This document shows positions 1 to 10,321 of a stretch of 64,000 nucleotides of DNA, piece after piece. The notes under the pieces are model-generated. The model was not told the DNA's origin and made no database searches. It was given only the letters and a program-made list of their open reading frames with translations. The stretch comes from an uncultured delta proteobacterium (lineage in GTDB: Bacteria; Desulfobacterota; Desulfomonilia; Desulfomonilales; Desulfomonilaceae), in NCBI GenBank assembly GCA_963789265.1, contig CAWBKB010000003.1, forward strand, positions 192,001 to 256,000, in the 5' to 3' direction. The position numbers and the translations under genes are program-made. Each line of letters begins with the position of its first letter. Position 1 is the stretch's first letter.

Positions 1-453
1 TGGTGGGCCTGGCTTGTATGGCCTGCGGTTTGGCCTTCGTGCTTGCGAGAGAGGATTACCAATTGCTATCCGGGAGAGAAGTCTCACTGCGTGCTGTGGT
101 TCCGTATTTATGGACACCGGCCACTCTTTCGGTGCTCACTGGGCTCCTTTCGGTGGGTGTAGGCGATTTTCTCGTACCGATCCTGAGAAGCCGTCTCAAA
201 TTAAAAATGGACGCAGCTATTGGAGCCTGCCTTATCGTGATGACGGTAAATGCTATTGCCGCATTCTTACTATACATGGCGGCAGGAAGGTTGTTTTCCG
301 GACCGACCGCCTTGTTAGGTGCTATGGGAGCGTTGTTAGGAGGACAGATCGGACCGCGGATTGCCGACAGGATCCCAGAACCAGACTTTGAAGGAGATTT
401 TTATTTACGGACTCTCGCTCATTGGAATACATGTCCTCTTTAATGCCTTCTAG
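1..453 (+). CDS. Sulfite exporter TauE/SafE family membrane protein, 5' partial; probable +1 frameshift near 381
   Basis: Hydrophobic ORF with GLLSVGVGDFLVP and GALLGGQIGPRIA motifs. Removing one base near 381 gives the TM tail LKEIFIYGLSLIGIHVLFNAF, ending at TAG 451-453. Confidence 0.75.
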
Positions 454-2920
454 ACCGGAGGTAAGCTGCTCGAGTGACGGGCTCACCGCCCAGCGCGTTC
501 AGTGCACATTCCGGCAGCGCCTCCTGGAACAAAGGTAGAATCGGCTGCTTGGACAACGTTCCAGAGCAGTGATTCCCGAGTTCGCCTGACAGTGCAATTC
601 TAATGGCATCCCCTACTTCTCCCACGAAGTGCAAGGTCATCCCGTCCTTTACATAATCAGGCAGGTCTCTGAGGTGGGCCTCATTCCTTTTCGGCAGGAT
701 TACCTCGCGGACTCCTGCACGTCTTGCAGCCAGCAATTTCTCTTTGACTCCTCCGATGGGCAAGACTCGCCCTCTGAGAGTTAGCTCGCCGGTCATAGCC
801 ACATCTCTGCGCACGGGGATTCCGCTGAAGAATGATGCCAATGCCACGGCAATGGTTACCCCGGCGGACGGTCCGTCTTTGGGAATGGCACCGGCCGGCA
901 CATGTATGTGTAAATCTGTCTGTGACAACAGTTGCTCGTCTAATCCATACACTGAACATGTACTTCGCAAATAGCTCAAAGCGGCTCGCGCAGATTCCTG
1001 CATCACATCACCCAGGCAGCCGGTCATGGTAAGTTCCTTCTGACCCTTGAACCCGGTCACCTCGATGAAGATGATGTCACCGCCGGTCTCCGTCCATGCC
1101 AAGCCCGTAGCAATCCCTACCTGATCCTCCTCTTCGGCCAAGTCGAAAAAGTATTTCGCCGGCCCAAGCAATTCTTCCACCGTCTCTGGAAATATCTCTT
1201 CGCGCAAAGGTTTTTCTTCGGTGATCTCACGTGCGATTTTTCGGCATATAGACCCTATCTCGCGTTCAAGATTGCGCACTCCTGCCTCACGAGTAAAAGC
1301 TCGCACAATCAAACGGATCGCTTCAGGGTTGAATTGAATAGGGTATCCCCGAATCCCGTTTTCATCCATAGCCTTGTTGATGAGGAAGAATTCCGAGATC
1401 TTTTCCTTTTCTTCATCTGTGTAACCGGAAATGCGAATAACTTCCATTCGGTCACGCAGAGGAGCCGGAATAGGATCGAGCTGGTTCGCCGTAGCAATGA
1501 ACAAGACACTGCTCAGATCAAAGGAGAGGTCCAGATAATGATCTCCAAACGCGTTGTTCTGTTCGGGATCCAGGACCTCAAGCAGGGCGCAAGCTGGGTC
1601 GCCTCTGAAATCCTGGCCGATCTTGTCCACTTCATCCAGCATGAAGACAGGATTATTAGTTCCGGCCCTACGGATTTCCTGGATGATCCTGCCGGGCATC
1701 GCGCCTATGTAAGTTCTTCGATGACCTCTGATCTCGGCTTCGTCGCGCATGCCACCCAGTGAGATCCGGATGAATTTTCTACCGAGTGCTCTAGCTACGG
1801 ATCTTCCCAGAGAGGTTTTGCCGACTCCCGGTGGACCCACAAAACAGAGTATTGGGCCTTTATTGCTTTCTTTGAGTTTTCGGACTGCAAGGAACTCTAA
1901 AATACGATCTTTCACCTCAACGAGGCTATAGTGGTCTTCATTGAGTATCCGCTGAGCTCTGCCGATATCCAGGTTGTCCTGCGTTGCAACATTCCAGGGT
2001 AAGCCGGTTAGAACCTCAAGATAGGTCCTTGATACAACGTATTCCGGCGAATGTGGCGGAATCCGCTCCAGACGTTGAAGTTCCCTGGTTGCCACTTCCA
2101 TGGCATCGTCCGACATCCCCGAGTTGCGTATCTTCTCTTGAAACTCCTTGATTTCGGAGCCATGCGCGTCATCAACCGACCCAAGGTCCTTTTGCATGGC
2201 GCGCATTTGCTGGCGAAGGCCCATTTCTCTCTGGCGCCGTGTCGAAGAAGACCCGTGGACAGCTTCGTTTGATGCTTGAAGCTTGGGTTGAAGGGCCTGA
2301 GTATCAGTTTGTAGATGTGCAAAAACTTTCTTTAGCCTTGCCAGAGGGTCATCGATCTCCAGGAGGCCTTGTTTGGCCTCGGCCTTCAACGGCAAATAGA
2401 CTGCTATGAGATCCGCGAGCTTTCCGGGATCATCCGCACGTTCAATCATTGAGATGGCGTGGTCGGTAATGGGTCTGTCGAGGCTCAGTGTCAATTTGAA
2501 CAGCGCCGCTACACTGTGGATAAGGGTATCCATCAGTTCTTGAGGTTCGCACTCTTCTTCGACGGGGCTTATTTCGCCCATGAGATACGGTTCATACTGG
2601 ATCTGCCTCACCAGACGTACGCGGCAGATGCCGTCCGCGATGGCTTTGACACCTCCGCTTTCCAGCCGAACTACCTGGTGGATACGAGCCAGTGTTCCGA
2701 CCATTGAGATCTCTTCACCGGGCGAGTTCAGGCGATTGCGGGCTTTCTGGTAGAAGAGACCTACAAGATTGTCTCCTCCCACAACGGATTCGGCCAACTT
2801 CACCACTCGTGATCCTTTTAGGAAGAGCGGTATCATCACGTTGGGAAAAACAACCATATCCCTCAACGGAAGAATAGGGACAACCGTAGGAAAGTCGTCC
2901 ACCAACTTGGATGATTTCAT
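440..2920 (-). CDS. lon: ATP-dependent Lon protease (endopeptidase La)
   Basis: N-domain LPLRDMVVFP, Walker A GPPGVGKTS, RRTYIGAMPG, catalytic PKDGPSAG and GGVKEK. Confidence 0.97.
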   Translation of the reverse strand: MKSSKLVDDFPTVVPILPLRDMVVFPNVMIPLFLKGSRVVKLAESVVGGDNLVGLFYQKARNRLNSPGEEISMVGTLARIHQVVRLESGGVKAIADGICRVRLVRQIQYEPYLMGEISPVEEECEPQELMDTLIHSVAALFKLTLSLDRPITDHAISMIERADDPGKLADLIAVYLPLKAEAKQGLLEIDDPLARLKKVFAHLQTDTQALQPKLQASNEAVHGSSSTRRQREMGLRQQMRAMQKDLGSVDDAHGSEIKEFQEKIRNSGMSDDAMEVATRELQRLERIPPHSPEYVVSRTYLEVLTGLPWNVATQDNLDIGRAQRILNEDHYSLVEVKDRILEFLAVRKLKESNKGPILCFVGPPGVGKTSLGRSVARALGRKFIRISLGGMRDEAEIRGHRRTYIGAMPGRIIQEIRRAGTNNPVFMLDEVDKIGQDFRGDPACALLEVLDPEQNNAFGDHYLDLSFDLSSVLFIATANQLDPIPAPLRDRMEVIRISGYTDEEKEKISEFFLINKAMDENGIRGYPIQFNPEAIRLIVRAFTREAGVRNLEREIGSICRKIAREITEEKPLREEIFPETVEELLGPAKYFFDLAEEEDQVGIATGLAWTETGGDIIFIEVTGFKGQKELTMTGCLGDVMQESARAALSYLRSTCSVYGLDEQLLSQTDLHIHVPAGAIPKDGPSAGVTIAVALASFFSGIPVRRDVAMTGELTLRGRVLPIGGVKEKLLAARRAGVREVILPKRNEAHLRDLPDYVKDGMTLHFVGEVGDAIRIALSGELGNHCSGTLSKQPILPLFQEALPECALNALGGEPVTRAAYLRSRRH

Positions 2921-2985
2921 GGCAGCGTCACACCCATCCCTGAATAATGGAACAGAGGTTTATTCTTCGCAGATTGTTGCGTGCT

Positions 2986-3014
2986 AACATACCTGATTTC
3001 CACGTAAAAGTCAA
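2986..3014 (-). promoter_or_regulatory. Candidate sigma70 promoter of lon
   Basis: TTGACT-17 nt-TATGTT on the minus strand, about 65 nt upstream of the lon start. Confidence 0.5.
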
Positions 3015-3330
3015 GATTGGATGCAAAATGTGAAGCGGAACCATATTTCGCGACAATTTCTCCTCACAAAATCAACATAATTTTGAAAAGCAAAATCAAC
3101 TTCTTCCAATTAGTTTCGCGTCAAAGCATTTAAGCTTTAGAGCAGCGGTCCCACGGGTCGCGGTACGCCCCCCGCCGGATTCCGGAAAAGATAAACGGCA
3201 CAAACGTTCTGCGGACCGAACCTGTATGATAGCGGATTGGCGGGCCTTTGTTGGTGGGGCAATCCCGCGAGGCGCGGGACAGCTTGTCATTGATGGACGG
3301 GCAGGATGCCCGTCGCCACCGAATTAATAC

Positions 3331-3481
3331 CGATTCGCTTTCAAACAAATGACACCGTGTTTCCGGTAGGGGCGAGTTTCAAACCCGCCCTTACATGTTG
3401 TCATGCCCGCGTACGCGGGCATCAATTGTAGGGGCAGACCTATGTGTCTGCCCTGGGCGGACACGCGGGTCCGCCCCTACA
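3331..3481. repeat. Copy (minus orientation) of a dispersed ~85-bp REP-containing repeat, plus an adjacent GTAGGGGC...GCCCCTAC REP doublet
   Basis: Reverse complement of 3339-3421 aligns by eye with 10186-10270, 11289-11378, 45005-45243 and 58993-59074. Confidence 0.8.
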
Positions 3482-3690
3482 TAGCCCGGACAGAAGTTCG
3501 GGGTGATCCCGCGGAACGCGGGACAGGCAGTCCGGCACTCCACGCGGGATGTCCCACTATATCCTCGCGGGGATTGCCACTTGTTTGACGGCGCACTGGT
3601 ATTATACACCTATCCCCAATCCGTTGTTCTCGTTCCCAGGCAGAGCCTGTGAACCAGAAAACATTAGGATCGACAATCCGTTTGTTACGG

Positions 3691-5670
3691 TCAGGTGATT
3701 AATATCTTCTCAGGCAATCTCGTGGATTGATCCAGGTTGCGGGCCAGAGAATTCCAGATCTGCTGGAGCCGGCCGTCGCGAAAGAGCACCTCTTCAGGAC
3801 TATTACGGTGAACCCTGTGGAGGGCCTTCAAGGTTCTTTCATAAGTGTCGCCGATTTCACATAACGGGCTTGAGATCAGCAGCGGCACTTCGGTATCGTC
3901 CACTTCTTCTTCCTGCAGCCAGTCTACCTCCCACACCACTGAAGCCGCCGATAGACACTCGGCCGAAATTCGTTCCCGTTCCCTGCCCCCTCTCGGATCG
4001 GGGAGCACAACCACGAAGTTGATTGAGACAACTTCCCCCTCCTGATGGAGCGGATAATACGAACGGTTCAAGAAGAGCCCGGGGTGAGCCGCTCTCTCAA
4101 TCGCTTTTTCAAAAAACGTTGATGGCGGAACCGTCTTGAAATCAAGCACCAGATGGAGAACCGTGTGCGGGTTCGCCTCGCTGAACTCATGAAGCATTGT
4201 GAGCATGGCTTCCTCTCGGTAGCCGCCTCTTAACCACATCACAAAGGGATCCGTGGCCTTTTGGATGACCTTGGTCAAAATCCGCTGCCACACTGTGTGC
4301 GACGGATCGACTATCCACTTACTCACATACGTAGCCTGATCAAGTGTGCCGAGCAAGCCGGGTCCGGATTCCACGAGCGACGGCGGGGCAATGTAGTCGA
4401 GTTCCATCTCGAAAACTTGCTCACAGCTCAACAAGGCCGGCCGAAACTCTTCCTTCGGGAAACTTGGCGTGGAGTGCACGTAGTAAGGAGGACGCGAATC
4501 GTGTATCAGGCCGAGGCTTGACGCTCGGGCTCTGAAATCGGTACCCGGGAGGACCGAAAGCATGAACGGATGAACTACTGAATAAGCTTGAGTTTGTCGC
4601 ACCCATTCCTGCGTGCGCGAAAATCCGGCTGGAGTGTCCCCGGGCAGACCGAGGATAATCCCCGTTGTGACCTCGATTTCCGCCTCCTTGAGCCACTTTA
4701 TGCCACGTTCAATCTTGTGGAGGTCCATCTCACGCCCCGCTACGCGCAGAGCTTCAGGGTTGACGCTCTGAAGCCCCACCTCTGCACTTACAAGGCCGGC
4801 TTCTCTCAGGAGCCGAACGTCATCCGAAATCAATGTATCCGCCCGCAATTCCGCGTGGAGCCTCAAGTCATTTCGGCTTCTGCGGCCGACCATGGACTTG
4901 AGCAGGTCACGAAATCCCGGCTGTCCGTTAAAGGTGGGATCCATCAGATAAATCTCTCTTACACCGGAATCCGGGCCGTATATGAGATCAAGCACTTGTT
5001 CTATGGATGCCGGGGGGTGGCGCCTGATCCCCTGAAACGCCTTGTGGTAATAACAGTAGCGACAGCGAAACGGACACCCTCTGACTGTTTCCAGAAAAAT
5101 CGTGCCGTCCCGGGAAGGGCCGATTCGACCATGAATATAAGGATACGGACAGGATGCGAGATCCCAGGGCGGCGCAGCTTGTTGATTCATGTAGATCTTG
5201 CCGGAATCCTTGAAAAAGACCCCGGGAATGACCAAGGGGCTTTGCTCTGACGTCAGCGCGTCCAGCAACAATCCGATCCTGGATTCTCCTTCACCAAAAA
5301 CCCCCGCATCTATTGCCGGGTGTTCCAGGACCCACGTATTGTCAGGAGTCACCTCAGGTCCGCCCACGACCACCAGAGTTGACGGCAAATGCCTCTTCAC
5401 GTTTGACGCGACAAACAAACTCCTTTCCGCGTTCCACACGTAAATCGTCATGGCGACCACATCGGGGCGCATGTCGGCAATGGTCCTGGCGAGACCCTGA
5501 TCCGCGAATGTGTCCACGACTTCGGAGCCAACGATTTGTGCCCGGATGTCACTTGGGCCCATGGCCTCCAACGCTGCCACTATAAATCCCGCGGCCAAAG
5601 GAATGTTTGTAGGTGGTTCCTCGAAGCAGAAACGAGGCGGCGGTAACTGCAAAAAAAGGGCTGATTTCAT
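3691..5670 (-). CDS. Cobalamin-binding radical SAM protein with long C-terminal extension
   Basis: B12-binding-like N-terminus (VVVGGPEV, FGEGE), ETVRGCPFRCRYC CxxxCxxC motif, EVGLQS. Confidence 0.9.
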   Translation of the reverse strand: MKSALFLQLPPPRFCFEEPPTNIPLAAGFIVAALEAMGPSDIRAQIVGSEVVDTFADQGLARTIADMRPDVVAMTIYVWNAERSLFVASNVKRHLPSTLVVVGGPEVTPDNTWVLEHPAIDAGVFGEGESRIGLLLDALTSEQSPLVIPGVFFKDSGKIYMNQQAAPPWDLASCPYPYIHGRIGPSRDGTIFLETVRGCPFRCRYCYYHKAFQGIRRHPPASIEQVLDLIYGPDSGVREIYLMDPTFNGQPGFRDLLKSMVGRRSRNDLRLHAELRADTLISDDVRLLREAGLVSAEVGLQSVNPEALRVAGREMDLHKIERGIKWLKEAEIEVTTGIILGLPGDTPAGFSRTQEWVRQTQAYSVVHPFMLSVLPGTDFRARASSLGLIHDSRPPYYVHSTPSFPKEEFRPALLSCEQVFEMELDYIAPPSLVESGPGLLGTLDQATYVSKWIVDPSHTVWQRILTKVIQKATDPFVMWLRGGYREEAMLTMLHEFSEANPHTVLHLVLDFKTVPPSTFFEKAIERAAHPGLFLNRSYYPLHQEGEVVSINFVVVLPDPRGGRERERISAECLSAASVVWEVDWLQEEEVDDTEVPLLISSPLCEIGDTYERTLKALHRVHRNSPEEVLFRDGRLQQIWNSLARNLDQSTRLPEKILIT

Positions 5671-5815
5671 CCTTCAAATCTAAATCAGAGCGTTTCGAAA
5701 CTCAACACGGGCCTTATAGAGTATGTCTTGAATACATTCCCGTCTGGTGTATTTTTAAGTTAAGAATGGCAGGCTCCTTCAGTGGCGCCTGCGGGTCGAT
5801 TGACGGGAGAAATCC

Positions 5816-7333
5816 ATGCAAGCCCGATGCGAATACTCGAAACTTTCCGTGCCTAACGACCGTTTATATGTGCCCGTAGCGGTCGCGTATGCAGCGGAAA
5901 TTTCAAAAAAGCTGGGATTTGAAGACAGCCAACGAATGGAAATTGGTTTGGCAGTGGACGAAGTGATCAACAGTGTGATGGAATACGCATTCGAACCTGG
6001 TGATAGGCAGGCTTTTGAGATCTCCTGTGAACGTATCCCGGTCGGTCTGCAGCTCATTATCAAAGAAAAGGGCATGCCATTTGATCCATCGCGCATACCC
6101 GCGTTCCAACCCAAAACGCAAGATGGCCGGAAGACCGGACGAAAGGCCGAAATCCCTTTGCTAAGAGACCTTGTAGACGAGTTCTCGGTTCATAATCTTG
6201 GGCCGGACGGACAGGAAATTCATCTCGTAAAGTACCTCAGGAACAAAAGTATTCAAGATTATTTCCAGGCCTGTGAACTGGAGCAATTTCAAAGGCCGCC
6301 GAAGAAGCGAGACCGCGTAGCAAGGCCTGTAGAGTTCGACGTCCACCTGCTGAAACCCTCGGAGGCTGTTGAAGTTTCCAGGGCCACGTACAAGGCTTAT
6401 GAGTACACGTACTCCAACGCGCACATTTACTATCCGGAACGCATTGTGGAGCTGAACGAAAGTGGACAAATTATATCCGCGACAGCAGTGACTCCGGATG
6501 GGGAACTCGCAGGACACTGTGCCATTTTTCACTCAAACTACGGATCTCAAAGCGCTGAAATCGGCCAGGCCGTAGTGAAACCCGAATTTCGAGGCCAAGG
6601 GTGCCTGTTGCGCCTCACGGAATTCCTTATAAACGAAGCGAAATCCCGCGGGTTGACCGGCCTGTATGTCCGGGCCGTAACCAGTCACACCTTTTCTCAG
6701 CGAGTGACCACACGGCTCGGCTTTACTGCTTGCGCAATAATATTGGGTTACGCTCCGGCAACCATTATTTTTAGAGATATAGAAGAAGACCTATCCCAGC
6801 GTGAAACTTTCGTGGTGCAACACAAGTATCTCGAAACTCCGGCCCCTATAAGACTTTATCCTCCTTCTAAGCACAAAGAGTGGATTCAGAAGCTCTACGG
6901 TAGTCTAGGCGCTTCGCCCCGGTTTGAGTCCTCCGATGCACATGCTGCGCCATTCCGGCAATCAGATTCCATTTTGAGGGCCAGGACGGGTGGTTCAATG
7001 CCGCCGGGCTACGCCTCAATAGAGGTATTGCGATACGGGAAAAACATCGTTTCGGAGGTAAGAACTGTTCTCAGGGAATTTCGCCTGAAACATTACGACG
7101 TTATTTCGTTATATGTAGATCTCCGAGACCCCCTTAGCTTTGATTTAGTCCCTGAATTCGAGAATCTCGGCTTTTTCGTCGGCGGGATACTGCCGGGAGC
7201 GTCGGTGGGGGAAGCTTTGCTATTGCAATGTCTCAATAACGTTGAAATAGATTATGACAAGATCAAGCTGCATCCAGAGACAAGTCGTGAACTATTATCT
7301 TACATCAAAAGCCAAGATCCGACTCGGCGGTAG
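5816..7333 (+). CDS. RsbW-like anti-sigma/HATPase_c domain fused to a GNAT N-acetyltransferase domain
   Basis: LAVDEVINSVMEYAF, KEKGMPFDP and LVDEF motifs; acetyl-CoA motif VVKPEFRGQG. Confidence 0.8.
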   Translation: MQARCEYSKLSVPNDRLYVPVAVAYAAEISKKLGFEDSQRMEIGLAVDEVINSVMEYAFEPGDRQAFEISCERIPVGLQLIIKEKGMPFDPSRIPAFQPKTQDGRKTGRKAEIPLLRDLVDEFSVHNLGPDGQEIHLVKYLRNKSIQDYFQACELEQFQRPPKKRDRVARPVEFDVHLLKPSEAVEVSRATYKAYEYTYSNAHIYYPERIVELNESGQIISATAVTPDGELAGHCAIFHSNYGSQSAEIGQAVVKPEFRGQGCLLRLTEFLINEAKSRGLTGLYVRAVTSHTFSQRVTTRLGFTACAIILGYAPATIIFRDIEEDLSQRETFVVQHKYLETPAPIRLYPPSKHKEWIQKLYGSLGASPRFESSDAHAAPFRQSDSILRARTGGSMPPGYASIEVLRYGKNIVSEVRTVLREFRLKHYDVISLYVDLRDPLSFDLVPEFENLGFFVGGILPGASVGEALLLQCLNNVEIDYDKIKLHPETSRELLSYIKSQDPTRR

Positions 7334-8061
7334 CAATCTTGGGGCCTTTGATCCGGTTTTACTATCAATCATAACGGAGGAACGAAATGGATGTGAAGGT
7401 TTTCGGTGTGGTAGGAGCAGGTCAAATGGGGAATGGAATCGCCCACGTAGCCGCGGCGTCCGGCCTCAAAGTCATAATGAATGATGTCAAAGATGAGTTC
7501 GTGGATAAAGGCCTCCAGACTATCGAAAATAACCTAGGCCGTGCAGTTTCCAAGGGCAAAATGACCCAGGAAGAGAAGGCCCTGATCCTGGAACGAATAA
7601 GTGGTAGCACAGAGCTGGCTGACTTCAAGGAAGCGGATTTCGTCGTGGAAGCGGTCCTCGAAGATTTCGAGCTGAAGAAGAGCGTTTTCCACACCCTTGA
7701 CGAGATCGTTCCCTCCAGAGGGATACTGGCGAGCAATACTTCTTCCATTTCCATCACCAAGCTCGCAGCATCTACAAGAAGACCTGAAAAATTCATCGGC
7801 ATGCACTTCATGAACCCGGTTCCGGTCATGAAACTGGTGGAAATCATTAACGGTCTCGCGACGGAACCGGGAGCTACCGCGATCACAGTGGAACTAGCCA
7901 AGAAATTTGGGAAGGTCCCGGTTGAAGCTCGGGACTTCCCGGGATTCATCTCGAATCGTGTTCTGATGCCTATGATCAACGAGGCTGTGTATGCTCTGTT
8001 CGAGGGGGTTGGGACCCCTGAAGCCATTGACGAAGTCATGAAATTGGGCATGAACCACCCC

Positions 8062-9910
8062 CCTTGATTGCGCATCAAAAAAAGTGAAAAACCTCGTTGT
8101 TCTTGAGGAATCAAGAGGATAGAATCCGGTTTGCAACAAGGATCTATCACCAACGAGGTGAAGTGATTATGGCACAAGGCATTTTCCCTTTCCAGTATGA
8201 GGTTGAGAAGAAGCCTGGGGGGATGACGGCGTTGGCCGGATTGCCGACATACCTGGAATTCGGGTATGTGATGGGGTTGAGCAGGGCCATAGAGAATCGG
8301 CTCAAGGTGCGATCAGGTGCCCAGGGGTGGTCTGACTCCGAGACAGTAATGGCTCTGATACTTCTGAATCTGGCGGACGGTCAAGGGATCAGCGACCTGG
8401 AGATACTGGAAGGAGACGAGGGATTTTGTCGGGTACTTCGGGAGTCAATGGGGTTTGGAAAACCGCGACAGGAGAGACGAGTCCTGAGCAAGAGGCTGCG
8501 CAAGGGGCAGAAGAGGTCGGTGCCGTCTCCTTCTTCGGCCAGCCGGTATCTGTATCAGTTTCACGATCCCGAGCAGGAGAAGCTCAGGGAGGCGGGCACT
8601 TCTTTCATACCGATGCCGACCCCCCGTTTGCGAGCGATGATGCAGGTGAACGAGGATTTTCTGGGCTCGGTGCAGAAGCGGTCTCCTCAGGAGGTAGCGA
8701 CTCTGGATCTCGATGCGACGGTGGTGGAGACGAACAAGCGAGAGGCTCTCTACTGCTACAAGGGGCACAAGGCGTATCAGCCTTTGCAGGTGTACTGGGC
8801 GGAACAGGATCTCATTGTGCACTCGGAGTTCCGAGACGGCAACGTCTGGGCCGGTAAGGACAATCTTCGCGTCTTTGAAGAGGCCTTGGGGTTCCTGCCT
8901 GCGGGGGTGTCGAAGGTATATCTGCGGTCGGATACGGCAGGATATCAGCATGAGCTGATGAGGTTCTGTGCGGAGCCGAAGAAGCTGCGTTTCGGTGTCA
9001 TCGAGTTTGCCATAGGGGCCAAGGTAACCGAATCGTTCAGGCAGGCTGTTCGCGAGGTTGAGGAGTCGGATTGGCATAGTTTGTATCGCAAGACTGAGAA
9101 TGGCTTGGTTACAAGGGGTCAAGAGTACGCGGAGGTCTGTTTCGTTCCCGATGAGCTCGCACGCAAGAAAGATGGTCCATGTTTCCGGTACCTGGCTATT
9201 CGCGAGGTTTTGGAGCAGCCGGAACTTCCGGAGATGGATGGGCAAGTTTCATTGCCGTTTCCTACCATGCATTTTGGGTCGATGAAGTACAAGGTGTTCG
9301 GGATTGTCACGAATCGTGACATTCCTGGGGACGAGCTGATTTGGTGGTACAGAGAGCGCTGCGGTAAATCTGAAGAGGCGCATTCGGTTATGAAGGAAGA
9401 TCTTGCAGGGGGCAGACTTCCTTCAGGGTATTTCGGGGTAAACGCAGCATGGTGGCACATCATGATCTTGGCTTTGAACCTGAACTCGGCGATGAAGCGC
9501 CTGGTTCTGGGAGAAACATGGGTGGGCAAGCGCATGAAGGCCATAAGGTTCTGGTTGATCAAGCTGCCGGGACGCGTGCTCAAGCGTGCTCGGATGCTGC
9601 GTGTTCGACTGGTTGGGGGGCATGCGTCGAACGAGACACTATTTGAAATGAGGAGGAGAATTCTGAGCCTTTGCGAGTCAGGCTAGAGAGCGCCGCCGAC
9701 GGGGGAAATGAGGCGCAGACGGGTGGAAATAGACTGACCGGGGGGGGTTAGTGTGCCGGAAATCCGCCCGAGCAGGGGGAATTCGGCATACGAATCGGTC
9801 CGACGTGCTACCTGGTCCGGTTCGCATGGGCGGGGGACATAACCAAGGGTAAATTTTCGGTCCAAGGGGACATCAAGAGATCCTCCGCCAAATGAGGTGG
9901 TGGATTATGG
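8062..9910 (+). mobile_element. IS1380-family insertion sequence, 1849 bp, 4-bp TSD CCCC
   Basis: Excising 8062-9914 restores hbd exactly. CCCC lies at 8058-8061 and 9911-9914. Ends are CC...GG with imperfect IRs (CCTTGATTGCGCA vs CCATAATCCACCA). Confidence 0.9.
8169..9686 (+). CDS. IS1380-family DDE transposase
   Basis: TLDLDAT, YKGHKAYQPL, FRDGN, YLRSDTAGY and YRERCGKSEEAHSVMK motifs; RBS GAGGTG upstream. Confidence 0.9.
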   Translation: MAQGIFPFQYEVEKKPGGMTALAGLPTYLEFGYVMGLSRAIENRLKVRSGAQGWSDSETVMALILLNLADGQGISDLEILEGDEGFCRVLRESMGFGKPRQERRVLSKRLRKGQKRSVPSPSSASRYLYQFHDPEQEKLREAGTSFIPMPTPRLRAMMQVNEDFLGSVQKRSPQEVATLDLDATVVETNKREALYCYKGHKAYQPLQVYWAEQDLIVHSEFRDGNVWAGKDNLRVFEEALGFLPAGVSKVYLRSDTAGYQHELMRFCAEPKKLRFGVIEFAIGAKVTESFRQAVREVEESDWHSLYRKTENGLVTRGQEYAEVCFVPDELARKKDGPCFRYLAIREVLEQPELPEMDGQVSLPFPTMHFGSMKYKVFGIVTNRDIPGDELIWWYRERCGKSEEAHSVMKEDLAGGRLPSGYFGVNAAWWHIMILALNLNSAMKRLVLGETWVGKRMKAIRFWLIKLPGRVLKRARMLRVRLVGGHASNETLFEMRRRILSLCESG

Positions 9911-10152
9911 CCCCATGGGTCCCTTGACCTTGGCCGATTTTATAGGCTTGGATACGTGTTTGGCCATCATGAATGTTCTGTACGATGGGTTCGGCGATTC
10001 CAAGTATCGGCCGTGCCCGCTCCTCAGAAAGTACAGTCGACGCGGGATATTTGGGCAGGAAAAGCGGCCGCGGCTTTTATGATTATTCCGAGAAATAGGA
10101 ACGACTAATACCAATGCGCCGTCAGAGACGGTGACAATCCAGGACAGGATAT

Positions 10153-10270
10153 GGTGGGGCGGTCCCGCGGGATCGCCCCTACAGTTCCCCGCGTGCGCGG
10201 GCACGACGTCGCGTAGGGGCGGGTTTGAAACCCGCCCCTACCAGAAACCAGGTGTCACTTGCTTGAAAGC
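10153..10270. repeat. REP-like palindromes and ~85-bp dispersed repeat copy
   Basis: GTAGGGGCGGGTTTGAAACCCGCCCCTAC hairpin followed by CAGGTGTCACTTGCTTGAAA. Confidence 0.8.
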
Positions 10271-10321
10271 TAAAAGATGTGATCACGTTGCCGCAGCCCC
10301 TCGGCTGCGGGTAGACTTGTC

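Larger units (their letters stand above)
7387..10098 (+). pseudogene. hbd: 3-hydroxybutyryl-CoA dehydrogenase interrupted by an IS1380-family element
   Basis: GAGQMGNGIA, ASNTSSISIT and GMHFMNPVP. The sequence [21 protein letters not shown] is split at 8061/9915. An extra base near 10034 masks the tail [21 protein letters not shown] (TAG 10096-10098). Confidence 0.92.

Noticed and set aside
3331..3560. Repeats containing GTTTCAAAC/GTTTGAAAC as a possible CRISPR array
   Set aside because: Copies are dispersed kilobases apart with no regular repeat-spacer periodicity and no cas genes. They are REP-like hairpins.
7422..8177. Long antisense/overlapping ORFs (e.g. 4588-5250, 7422-8177, 8445-9245, 47954-48703, 59262-59963)
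   Set aside because: Shadow ORFs of well-supported genes in GC-rich DNA, with no recognisable motifs.
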